From: a virus
IMG/VR virus record: IMGVR_UViG_3300027708_000022
Coordinates: 98,043 to 162,042 of that record
Direction: 5' to 3' (one strand)
DNA: 64,000 nucleotides
Shown one piece after another: positions 8,432 through 17,410 of the stretch; the stretch's first letter is position 1, and every line of letters starts with the position of its first letter. The notes under the pieces were generated by a model. The model was not told the DNA's origin, ran no database searches, and saw only the letters and a program-made list of their open reading frames with translations. A program made the position numbers and the translations under genes.

Positions 8432-9442
8432 TTAATCCTTATTAGCACTACCCCACACATCATTCCATGTACCACTCAATGCACCCTTCGCATAGTCGGT
8501 AGCACGATTCTCAAAGAAATTGGTGTGAGTCGGTGCGTTAATCATTACTTCCACCCACGGTAATGGGTTGCGTTTGACTTTGAAAATGCCTTTCATGCCT
8601 AGGCCAATCAATCGTCTATCTGCTATATATCTAATATATTTCTTTACATCTTCTTTAGTGAGGTTTTCACCTTCTACAATACCAAAGGCTAGGTCAATAA
8701 ACCTATCTTCTAGTTCAACCATTTTCTCTGCAATGGCGTATATACTTGATTTCAGTTCATCATTCCAAATCTCTGGGTTCTCGTTAATATAGGTCTTAAA
8801 CAACTTCATCATGTTCTCAGCGTGCATTGTTTCATCAACAATAGACCAAGTAATGATTTGACCCATGCCCTTCATCTTACCGTGACGAGGAAAGTTTAGT
8901 AACATAATAAAGGAACTAAACAACTGCATACCCTCTGTGAATGCTGAGAACACCGCAATGTGACGAGCTGTGTTCTCTTTTGTGCCATTCTTGTCTGAAA
9001 TATCTAGAACATAATCATGTTTGTCTTTCATCTCCTGATACTGTAGAAATTCATTGTATGTGGTATCAGGCAAACCAAGTGTTTCAATCAGGTGTGAGTA
9101 TGCAGCAATATGTAATGCCTCACGAGCCGCAAAGCCCATCAACATCATACGAACCTCTGGTTGTGGGAAATATGGTAAATAGTTCTTTACATAACCACCT
9201 GCTACATCAATATCACCTTGAGTAAAGAATCGGAAGATATGTGTTAGAAATTGTTTCTCACCTTCTGTTAGTTTCTTTTTCCAATCTTTAACATCTTCAA
9301 GCATTGGTACTTCTGAGTGAATCCAATGCGACTGCTCATGTTTTAACCATGCATCATATGCCCAAGGATAGTTAAATGGCTTAAAACTATCTCTTGCATC
9401 TGTAATTTTACTTTCTATTTTCTTAATCATCTTTTTTCTCAT
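8432..9442 (-). CDS. nrdB: ribonucleotide reductase class Ia beta subunit
   Basis: REALH..AY, EGMQLFSSF, DETMH, NFFENRATDY. Confidence 0.95.
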   Translation of the reverse strand: MRKKMIKKIESKITDARDSFKPFNYPWAYDAWLKHEQSHWIHSEVPMLEDVKDWKKKLTEGEKQFLTHIFRFFTQGDIDVAGGYVKNYLPYFPQPEVRMMLMGFAAREALHIAAYSHLIETLGLPDTTYNEFLQYQEMKDKHDYVLDISDKNGTKENTARHIAVFSAFTEGMQLFSSFIMLLNFPRHGKMKGMGQIITWSIVDETMHAENMMKLFKTYINENPEIWNDELKSSIYAIAEKMVELEDRFIDLAFGIVEGENLTKEDVKKYIRYIADRRLIGLGMKGIFKVKRNPLPWVEVMINAPTHTNFFENRATDYAKGALSGTWNDVWGSANKD

Positions 9443-10058
9443 ACATTGTGGTGTTTGTATCTCCTAGTGCCCATTTAGCATCAGTCTCTACAGACCATCG
9501 CTTCGTTGCTACTCTGAAATCAGGGAGTTTTAATTCTTTGGGATTGCTACTTGGTTCCAAGATTATCATTCTATTGTTTGGTTGTGCTGCGTATTGACCA
9601 TTATCACATTTAATAAAGTTATATGACTTATGATCTTCAACATCTTCACTAAAACCAGTATCAATTATATTAAAATCAGGGTGAGCCGAATCAACTGTAA
9701 ACATATACTCACCATATCTCCAATCACCGACTTTCGTTTTAAACTTACACTTCATAGATTGCAATTGTGCCTTTTTAATTACTGTAATATCATATGACAA
9801 ACAATCCCACAATTGTAAATAATCTAAAGGCATTTCATTTTCAACTTTTTTCCAACAAAATGCATGAAGTGGTAACTTATCATACAATGCACCATATTCA
9901 TTAAGATAGGCTTCAATACGGAAGGCCTGACCTCTTAATGATTTGATTGATACCCACCAACAAGGAACTAATTCACCAAATCCTTTTTGAAAATCATAAA
10001 GAAACTCTTTACGAACAAAACATTTTACTGGTGGTAGATTTGCAATAATATGTGCCAT
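9423..10058 (-). CDS. conserved hypothetical protein between nrdA and nrdB
   Basis: MAHIIANLPP...LQLWDC...HKS...NGQYAAQPNNR. Confidence 0.75.
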   Translation of the reverse strand: MAHIIANLPPVKCFVRKEFLYDFQKGFGELVPCWWVSIKSLRGQAFRIEAYLNEYGALYDKLPLHAFCWKKVENEMPLDYLQLWDCLSYDITVIKKAQLQSMKCKFKTKVGDWRYGEYMFTVDSAHPDFNIIDTGFSEDVEDHKSYNFIKCDNGQYAAQPNNRMIILEPSSNPKELKLPDFRVATKRWSVETDAKWALGDTNTTMYEKKDD

Positions 10059-10062
10059 GTTG

Positions 10063-11853
10063 CTAGCCTTCGCAAGCAATGCAAATTTCACCGGCAGCAA
10101 TTGCTGACATATCCAATTCTTTAATAATTTCTCTTTCTATTCTTTTTGATACCTTATCAGCTTTAGCTAATTTCTCTGAGCGAGCATAGTAAAGCGTTTT
10201 TACTTTTCTTTTCCAGGCCATAAAATGAACAGCATGGAGATACTTCACATTAACATCTGGCCTAAAGAATAGATTTAACGATTGAGCTTGGTCAATATGT
10301 TGTTGGCGATCAGCAGCGTGTTCAATTACCCAAAATTGGTCAATTTCCATTGCTGTCTTGAATACAAACTTTTCATTTTCATCAAGCATCGTTAGGTGTT
10401 GTACTGAACCATCATTAGCAATGATACTAGACCATGTATCGGCCATCTGGTCATCAGTTAAATTTTTACTGCGAAGCAATGCATCAAGAAATTTATTCTT
10501 ATTCAGGTGAGAACCTGACAAAGTATCTTGACGGTAAGCATTAGCCCGATAAGGTTCAATACTAGGGCTAGTATTACCCATGATAATGGAACTGGATGCA
10601 TTTGGTGCTATCGCCATAACATGACTAAAACGAAAACCAGTGCCCACAGCGTCAGGAGCTTCACCCCGTTCTTGGCCAAGTTGAATATTAGCATCATTTA
10701 ATCCTTTTCTAATATGACTAAACATTTGATTGTTTGCGATTTTAGCCATCACACCTTCAAATGCCAAGTTTTTCTTCTGTAGGTAGGCATGGAAACCTAA
10801 TGCACCAACACCAATCGACCTCTCACGCATTGCAGAGAATTTAGCACGAGCAATACCATCATGTGCATGGTCAATGAAATACTGTAATACATTATCTAGC
10901 ATCTCAGCTATGTCTTTTAGAAACAATGGATTATCTTTCCATTCATCATAGTATTCTAGGTTGACTGATGATAAACAACACACCGCGGTGCGGTCTTTGT
11001 CAGTAGGTAGAATAATCTCGGAACAGAGGTTTGATTGCTTAATTGATAGACCAAGTTTCTTTTGAAACTCAGGCATGGCACGGTTGCTTGTGTCGATGTA
11101 ATGAATATATGGTTCACCTGTTAACATACGAGTTTCAAGTATGCGTTGCCATAATTCACGAGCAGGAATGGTATCACGCACTTCACCAGAAGCGGGGTCT
11201 TTTAGTTCCCATGTATCGTCCACATTGGCATCCAACATAGAGGCCTCAACCAATTGCATGAAGTCATCGGTGATATTAACACCGTGATGCAGGTTAAGTG
11301 TACGCATATTCTGGTCACCCGTTGGTTTACGCATCTCTAAAAACATTAGAATGTCTGGATGATTGATATCAAGGTATGCAGCATAACTACCACGGCGTGT
11401 GCGGCCTTGACGATATGCCAATGACGATGCATCATAGGTTCTAAGGTGAGGCATAACACCGGTTGATTTATCACCTGCACTACGAATGCCTACACCAATA
11501 CCAATGCCACCACCCAACATTGATAACCAGTTTACTTCCGAGAGACAATCGACCAAACCTTCTGCGCTATCATGAAGATAAGGTAAGAAGCATGATATAG
11601 GAAGGCCACGAGCACTACGCCCAAAAGAAAGAATGGGAGTAGAATAACTGAGCCAATGGTTACTGCTGTAGTCATATAATCTCTGCGAATGTTCCAAGTT
11701 TGACCCGAACGCTTTCGATACATATGCAAACCTCTCCTGTGGTGATTTTTCTTCTTCTTTCATGTACGATTCTTTCAATCGTAAAATACCTAATTCATCA
11801 AACAAACCATCACGAGAATAGTCTACCATAATACCGTTAACGATATCTTGCAT
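10063..11853 (-). CDS. nrdA: ribonucleotide reductase class Ia alpha subunit (short, no ATP cone)
   Basis: PISCF, QSNLCSEI, VCCLSS, APNASSS, KTLYY, C-terminal CIACEG. Confidence 0.95.
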   Translation of the reverse strand: MQDIVNGIMVDYSRDGLFDELGILRLKESYMKEEEKSPQERFAYVSKAFGSNLEHSQRLYDYSSNHWLSYSTPILSFGRSARGLPISCFLPYLHDSAEGLVDCLSEVNWLSMLGGGIGIGVGIRSAGDKSTGVMPHLRTYDASSLAYRQGRTRRGSYAAYLDINHPDILMFLEMRKPTGDQNMRTLNLHHGVNITDDFMQLVEASMLDANVDDTWELKDPASGEVRDTIPARELWQRILETRMLTGEPYIHYIDTSNRAMPEFQKKLGLSIKQSNLCSEIILPTDKDRTAVCCLSSVNLEYYDEWKDNPLFLKDIAEMLDNVLQYFIDHAHDGIARAKFSAMRERSIGVGALGFHAYLQKKNLAFEGVMAKIANNQMFSHIRKGLNDANIQLGQERGEAPDAVGTGFRFSHVMAIAPNASSSIIMGNTSPSIEPYRANAYRQDTLSGSHLNKNKFLDALLRSKNLTDDQMADTWSSIIANDGSVQHLTMLDENEKFVFKTAMEIDQFWVIEHAADRQQHIDQAQSLNLFFRPDVNVKYLHAVHFMAWKRKVKTLYYARSEKLAKADKVSKRIEREIIKELDMSAIAAGEICIACEG

Positions 11854-11870
11854 TAAAAACTCCGTTATTA

Positions 11871-12563
11871 TTATTTTGTTACAAACTCTGACGCCATCGG
11901 GAATACTTTGGCAATTACTTCAGCACAGGCTCTTGCGACCTGCATATGTTCTTTTTGCGTACCGTTACCTGAACGCACTTGAATAAAGTGTAGCCAACTT
12001 CTGAGAGTGCCATTAACATATAAACGACTTACTGTTAGACCTTCTGGTAATACAACACGAGCTTGTTCTTTTGCAATACCATGTGTTACTGCCCACTCAT
12101 AAGCTTTCTTTGAAGAATTGATTACGTCTTGTTGTAACCATTTCCATTGTTCTTTAAGATTTTCACCAAATAAAGTATCTTCAATCTCTACACTATTCTG
12201 ACGATTCTTTGTGTCTTGCAACCTTGCTTCTCTCAATACGAAATCCAAATCTTTGGTTGGGTCAGCATATCGTTGACTAAATTCCTGGAAGGAAAAACTT
12301 CGGTGTCTTAGTATTTGTCTAGCAATATCCCTGGTGGTGGTAACCTCTAGACACACACTCACAGTTTCCAATGGACTCCAATGAGCATTCTTTACCAAAT
12401 AATTGATAAGTTTTTCTGAGGTTTCTGTATTGAGTTGGTTACTAGGGTTTGATACACGAGCGCAGAATGCAACCAAGTCTTGCATATTTTCTAAGCCTTC
12501 ATTACGCATTTCTTCTGTTGGCTGACTATAGCTTATAATTTTCACGTTCATACTTTTTTCCAT
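11871..12563 (-). CDS. thyX: flavin-dependent thymidylate synthase
   Basis: RHRSFSFQEFSQRY signature; AKEQARVVLP. Confidence 0.95.
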   Translation of the reverse strand: MEKSMNVKIISYSQPTEEMRNEGLENMQDLVAFCARVSNPSNQLNTETSEKLINYLVKNAHWSPLETVSVCLEVTTTRDIARQILRHRSFSFQEFSQRYADPTKDLDFVLREARLQDTKNRQNSVEIEDTLFGENLKEQWKWLQQDVINSSKKAYEWAVTHGIAKEQARVVLPEGLTVSRLYVNGTLRSWLHFIQVRSGNGTQKEHMQVARACAEVIAKVFPMASEFVTK

Positions 12564-13576
12564 TGATTAAATTTTATTTGAGCTTGCAACCCTCTGAAGG
12601 TGTTACTACTTATAATACTTTCTATTTCATCCGGTGAAATACCAGACATTATCACCTCATTTATATCTTTACCTTGCAACGTATCAGGCCAAATCACAAT
12701 GTTATGTCCTAATGTAATTGCAGATTGCATCATTCTCACAATATCCTTGTTTCGGTTTTCATTGTCATAAATTAAAACCTTATTAACGGCAGAAATTTTA
12801 TCTGCTACTTGTATAAGGTTTGCATCAGCAGCTGCAAGACAGTTATTTATGAATAAACTATCTATAGGACCCTCTACAATCTTTACCGTATCATGTATAT
12901 TTAATCTATCCATACCGAATATAAGTTTATTATCACTAGTATCTGTCCGCACAGTAACATATCTCAGAGTCTTGTCCGAAGTCTCCAATGCACGGCCAGA
13001 CACAGCTACAAGACTGTTGTACTCATCATAGAACGGTATAACTAGTCGTGCATCATCAAACAATACTTTGCCGTGATCTGGTACCAAGGCATCAATAAAC
13101 TTCTTATAGTGTTGGGTGAACAATAATTTGCCATGTACACTATTGGGTATCTTTCTCTTAGTTAGGTATGTTAGGCAGAAATGACCAGTAGGCAACTTGT
13201 CACACCATTCGGCGTGTTCAAATGTTTTTTCTTTATCAACCTTATCAAATCTAGGTGATGGTACATTAAAGGTTGGTTGTTTGGCATTAGTATGACCACT
13301 ATTGCCAGACCTATATCGTTCAAGGATATATTCCTTGTATAGTGTACTATCAACGTGCTCAAGTAACTTACCTAGACTAGTGCCTAGGCCACAGTTTTTA
13401 CATGAGTAGAAGAGGTTATTGCCTTTTTTGTAGACGTAACCGCGAGCCTTGGTAAGGTTCTTGGTTGAGTCGCCACAAACAGGACAGGAAAAGTTCCAAA
13501 GGTAATCATTTTTACGTTTGAAATTACGGAGACGGTGGGACAAGAGTCCCACAAATTTTGTTTCAATATGTATCAT
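12548..13576 (-). CDS. gp61: DNA primase (T4 gp61-like)
   Basis: CPVCGDS...CKNCG zinc finger; VEGPIDSLF; YDNE; KDINE. Confidence 0.93.
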   Translation of the reverse strand: MIHIETKFVGLLSHRLRNFKRKNDYLWNFSCPVCGDSTKNLTKARGYVYKKGNNLFYSCKNCGLGTSLGKLLEHVDSTLYKEYILERYRSGNSGHTNAKQPTFNVPSPRFDKVDKEKTFEHAEWCDKLPTGHFCLTYLTKRKIPNSVHGKLLFTQHYKKFIDALVPDHGKVLFDDARLVIPFYDEYNSLVAVSGRALETSDKTLRYVTVRTDTSDNKLIFGMDRLNIHDTVKIVEGPIDSLFINNCLAAADANLIQVADKISAVNKVLIYDNENRNKDIVRMMQSAITLGHNIVIWPDTLQGKDINEVIMSGISPDEIESIISSNTFRGLQAQIKFNQWKKV

Positions 13577-13582
13577 AATATA

Positions 13583-13611
13583 AGTATAACATAAAAACTA
13601 AGGCAATGCAA
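13583..13611 (-). promoter_or_regulatory. sigma70-like promoter upstream of primase
   Basis: TTGCAT-17-TATACT with TG extension. Confidence 0.55.
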
Positions 13612-13613
13612 AC

Positions 13614-14111
13614 TTATTTTAACAATTTCTCTACAATATCTAGATGCCCAAACAACCATCCACCAATACCGATGGCACCAACAATCATCCATTTCCACTT
13701 TTCTATTTCAGCAACCCTGTCACCAATTTTGCCTTTGTCCACATCTTTCTCGACAACCTTGTTTTGATTTTCATCTTGAGGTTTATGGTTAATCAAATCA
13801 GATCGTAATGCATCAATCCTTTCGGTAATGCGATGCTCAACTTGGTCTATCCTATCATGAATTTCACGGTTGATTGTTGTAATTCTAGAATGAAGCTCTT
13901 TATAATCTTGCTTCAAATCATATTCTGCTCTCTCATGTTGCTCATGTTTATTATCATGCAAAGCGATCATCCTTATAAGGTTCATATTCATTTCTTGAAT
14001 CTTTTCGATAGATTCGGATAGCTTGTCACATAACAAGCTGGTGTGCTGAATGTCTTTGTTCAACAAACCGACTTGTAATTTGACTTCATTGAATTCTTGT
14101 TCGATAGCCAT
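13614..14111 (-). CDS. coiled-coil protein with C-terminal TM (hemolysin XhlA-like)
   Basis: Heptad pattern; EKWKWMIVGAIGIGGWLF. Confidence 0.7.
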   Translation of the reverse strand: MAIEQEFNEVKLQVGLLNKDIQHTSLLCDKLSESIEKIQEMNMNLIRMIALHDNKHEQHERAEYDLKQDYKELHSRITTINREIHDRIDQVEHRITERIDALRSDLINHKPQDENQNKVVEKDVDKGKIGDRVAEIEKWKWMIVGAIGIGGWLFGHLDIVEKLLK

Positions 14112-14183
14112 TGTTTGATTCCATGTTTCTATATACCTTTATGATTGTTATTGCCCTATAAAGGCCTTTGGTATAAGTATTCT

Positions 14184-14191
14184 TATTTATA
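14184..14191 (-). promoter_or_regulatory. T4-type late promoter
   Basis: TATAAATA on the minus strand in an intergenic gap. Confidence 0.6.
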
Positions 14192-14297
14192 TTGATCTTA
14201 CCATGGTAATCTATAGACTATCAAAAGCATACACCACCAATTATAACATCGTCAAGAGGGTTAAAGTGGTAATGTTATCAATTTATTTTAAGAATAC

Positions 14298-14552
14298 CTA
14301 CAATGGTGGTTGGTGTGCAGGTGGTTGTGTGAAATTAGAAGTTATTTGAGTATTGTTGTTTTCACTAGAACTTATATCATCCATCGTTGCAAAACCCATA
14401 TACGAACCAACCACAGCAGATACAAAGAGATAAAACGGCATTGCAATTGTACCAAGTGTGGGTGATTCAGATACTAAAATAAGTAACGGAAACACCAATC
14501 CAGCAAGCATTGATAGCCATGCCATTCTGCGCCTGTTTTTCCAACGATCCAT
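14298..14552 (-). CDS. putative holin (2 TM)
   Basis: Basic N-terminus NRRRMAW, two TM segments, directly downstream of the endolysin. Confidence 0.65.
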   Translation of the reverse strand: MDRWKNRRRMAWLSMLAGLVFPLLILVSESPTLGTIAMPFYLFVSAVVGSYMGFATMDDISSSENNNTQITSNFTQPPAHQPPL

Positions 14553-15178
14553 TACACACCTAATATTCGTAATGCGTTTTCATAATATTTCTTTCTTTCT
14601 TCAAGACCATTATAACCACCATTGATGGCTCTTGTCAATCCTACTATATCACCGATATCAGCAAATCTATTTAGATTATTAATTTTCCAGAACCAGCAGG
14701 CAGATTGTACAGCTAAATTTGGTTGTGAAACCAACTCAGGTTTAAGTAACGCTTCGTTATCTTCAGACATGGAAAAGGATGCATAGTTATCTTTACCTGT
14801 TAACTGAATTAAACCACGACCACGATATTTGTAGCCATCACCAGAAGCTTCATCACCGTTACCTAAATCAGCACGGTTACCATATGCTCTGTTTGCAATA
14901 GCCTCTTGTTTGTTAGGCATTGCAACATAACGTGCAGCCACATCAGGAGGAAATCGAGTTGGCCATAGTCTTGTCAATGTTTCAGCACGATAATTCAAAT
15001 TCTCTTCTAGTACCGTAAACTGACCAGACTCATGTGAACATTGTGCAATAAAGGCAGCAATGCGTAATGGTGTGGTTATATCGTAATTTGGCAATACCGA
15101 CAACAGAGCTTCATGCCATTGAGCAACATAGTGGTTATTTGGAATCATTTGTTGCAATTGTTCCCGTGATAAATCCAT
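14552..15178 (-). CDS. glycoside hydrolase family 19 endolysin
   Basis: AFIAQCSHES...EENLNY; GDGYKYRGRGLIQLTGKDNY; SACWFW; INGGYNGLEER. Confidence 0.92.
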   Translation of the reverse strand: MDLSREQLQQMIPNNHYVAQWHEALLSVLPNYDITTPLRIAAFIAQCSHESGQFTVLEENLNYRAETLTRLWPTRFPPDVAARYVAMPNKQEAIANRAYGNRADLGNGDEASGDGYKYRGRGLIQLTGKDNYASFSMSEDNEALLKPELVSQPNLAVQSACWFWKINNLNRFADIGDIVGLTRAINGGYNGLEERKKYYENALRILGV

Positions 15179-15179
15179 G

Positions 15180-15446
15180 TTATTTAACCAGTTCAAATAT
15201 TTGTTTTTGTTTATTATACCAATTAATCCATGACTCTGATTTTATCAAACACTCTTGATATAAACCATAATTTACAGAAACAACCCTAACAACATCGCTG
15301 AATTTTTTTGTGTTAGGATCAATTTCCATTAGATCTGGACATTTTACTTTTAAGTAACTAGGTACTTCAGGGAATTTACGCTCGACGGGTGTTGCTACAC
15401 ACCCAGTTAAAACCATAATAGATAAGACCATAAGTATTTTTTTCAT
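15180..15446 (-). CDS. putative o-spanin lipoprotein
   Basis: Lipobox LTGC after signal peptide; Pro-rich; paired Cys. Confidence 0.7.
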   Translation of the reverse strand: MKKILMVLSIMVLTGCVATPVERKFPEVPSYLKVKCPDLMEIDPNTKKFSDVVRVVSVNYGLYQECLIKSESWINWYNKQKQIFELVK

Positions 15447-15886
15447 TTCTTGTTTCTCGCAGCATCATTTAAAATTGAAATAGCTTCAGGTGGTACAACA
15501 CAAACAGAATCAAGTTTTACAATCTCTTTAAGTATTCTATCTTGTATTGCAATTTGCACATCTTTTATTTTTTGATTATTATCGTCTAACAATTTTTGTA
15601 ATTCTTTATTAGCATTGTCAGATTGTAGTTGACTAACTTTAACTTTTTCTTCTAAGACCAAAACTCTTTCTTTCCAAACCTTCTCATTATATAATGTGCC
15701 CTCAAAAAACACACCCACAACAAAAAATATCGCACAACCTATACGCAATGGTAAATTATATTGTGTGATAAATGGAATATTTTTGATGAAATAAGTGGCA
15801 ACACATCCAGCCATGCCAATTAAAACCATTAAGTGGATTAAAGATGCCCATATAGAATGAAATAAATCTGTTATGAAAAACATCAT
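15443..15886 (-). CDS. putative i-spanin
   Basis: N-terminal TMs, coiled coil, C-terminal CVVPPEAISILNDAA. Confidence 0.7.
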   Translation of the reverse strand: MMFFITDLFHSIWASLIHLMVLIGMAGCVATYFIKNIPFITQYNLPLRIGCAIFFVVGVFFEGTLYNEKVWKERVLVLEEKVKVSQLQSDNANKELQKLLDDNNQKIKDVQIAIQDRILKEIVKLDSVCVVPPEAISILNDAARNKK

Positions 15887-16062
15887 GCAACCTCCTGTGG
15901 GATTTTCCTACGAAAAAATGATTTAAAAGGTATAGGTTTCTTGCGCTTACCAACACCAGGTTCGCCTTTCGGGCCAACACCGAGGCCTGCAATTTCACCA
16001 TCACCAGTATTGTTTACAGGTATACCACCTACCATTACAACACCATCTTCTTTTAATTTCAT
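15883..16062 (-). CDS. small Gly-rich protein (59 aa)
   Basis: Manual translation MKLKEDG...PVNNTGDGEIAGLGVGPKGEPGV...; ATGA overlaps at both ends. Confidence 0.65.
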   Translation of the reverse strand: MKLKEDGVVMVGGIPVNNTGDGEIAGLGVGPKGEPGVGKRKKPIPFKSFFRRKIPQEVA

Positions 16063-16451
16063 TTGATAGTCCTTAATGCATTTGCAATACTTGTATCAAC
16101 CGGTATTTCCGATGATAGTATATCTTTACCTTTAATACTCCTCACGGTATCTGGCATACAACTTAGGAATACCAAATAGGTTTTTAATGATGAATAATCT
16201 TCTTTTGCCATCTTATAGAACAATAACCTAGTAGCAGGTTCTGGACCAAATACATTACAGAGTACAACAAGGTGATTCAATATCAGACGCTCTCTTATTT
16301 CACCAGTCTTACGGTGTCTAAAGAATAATCGTTTAAGATAATTGAATCGTTTCATGTCCTCTTTAAATTCACTCATTATACAATTAGGTTTGTCGTAAAC
16401 TTTCATTGCGTAAATCAAGATATTTTCACTACTCAAGTCATCAAAGGACAT
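16059..16451 (-). CDS. conserved T4-like phage protein
   Basis: F.EDMKRFNYLKRLF...ERLILNHL..L.NVFG. Confidence 0.75.
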   Translation of the reverse strand: MSFDDLSSENILIYAMKVYDKPNCIMSEFKEDMKRFNYLKRLFFRHRKTGEIRERLILNHLVVLCNVFGPEPATRLLFYKMAKEDYSSLKTYLVFLSCMPDTVRSIKGKDILSSEIPVDTSIANALRTIK

Positions 16452-16816
16452 TAATCTTCTTCTTCTAAACCCTCATCCTTAGATAGCATTTCTTCTACAC
16501 CAGCTTCATCTGTCAATTTAGCATAGAAATCATAATTACCATCATCGGTGAGATAATATAAAACATACAATAAAGAACCATCATGCAAATCAAAAACCGA
16601 CTCATCTCCTTCTTCTTCGATATCATAAAGCACTGGCAAGTCAAAACCATACCTATGCAACACTTTACGCATCTTATAGAAACCAATTTCAGGAGACAAT
16701 ATGATATCATCAAGTTCCATTTCCAAATCGTGATTGACAGCGCCAGCAACAACCAAATCTAAATCTGGTACTGTTACTGGCATAGCCAATTCTTTAAGAA
16801 ACTCGGTGAATTTCAT
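16451..16816 (-). CDS. acidic hypothetical protein with capsid-targeting-like N-terminus
   Basis: Start MKFTEFLKE at 16816. Confidence 0.65.
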   Translation of the reverse strand: MKFTEFLKELAMPVTVPDLDLVVAGAVNHDLEMELDDIILSPEIGFYKMRKVLHRYGFDLPVLYDIEEEGDESVFDLHDGSLLYVLYYLTDDGNYDFYAKLTDEAGVEEMLSKDEGLEEED

Positions 16817-16817
16817 A

Positions 16818-17378
16818 TTAGAATACTGGATCGCCATCGCCAGTCATTGAACCCATAGAAACTATAGTTTCAGTTGTTACACGATTAGCACGGCCACCCA
16901 TTGTTACTGTGAACACAGCATTACCTGTATTTGGTGTAGCGATTGGTGTATTTGCATATGAACCACCGCTAACAACAGTAATTGATGTAATATATCCAGC
17001 GGTATTAACGGCTACGTTTGCAACAGCAGCTGTGTTACCTGTACCACCGGCACCATTACCTTGAGTGATAGTAATAAAACTATTAACTGCAACGGCACCT
17101 GAGTTAGCTGTGATAGATACAATCGGACCAGTTCCAACTTTACGAACAACCCAACCTGCGTGCTGCGGTTTGCCAGATAATCCAGTTGCATTGGTTTGTT
17201 CTGTTGTATCTACACCAAAAATACCTAGTGCAGAGTTGGCCATGAAAGCGTTAATTCTTGTGTTCGCAAAATAGACTTGGCCATTTTGCGATACTTGTGG
17301 TGTATTGCCGCCGTAGCCAACCATTTCTGATTGCTTTGGTACATTGTTAGCAGCATCTAGGTTCCCCCATAAACTCAT
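16818..17378 (-). CDS. virion structural protein
   Basis: MSLWG..., IFGVD..E, HAGWV, GGRANRV..ETIV; G/T/N-rich. Confidence 0.7.
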   Translation of the reverse strand: MSLWGNLDAANNVPKQSEMVGYGGNTPQVSQNGQVYFANTRINAFMANSALGIFGVDTTEQTNATGLSGKPQHAGWVVRKVGTGPIVSITANSGAVAVNSFITITQGNGAGGTGNTAAVANVAVNTAGYITSITVVSGGSYANTPIATPNTGNAVFTVTMGGRANRVTTETIVSMGSMTGDGDPVF

Positions 17379-17410
17379 TTTATTTCTCCTAAAATTCTGT
17401 TATATTCTAT

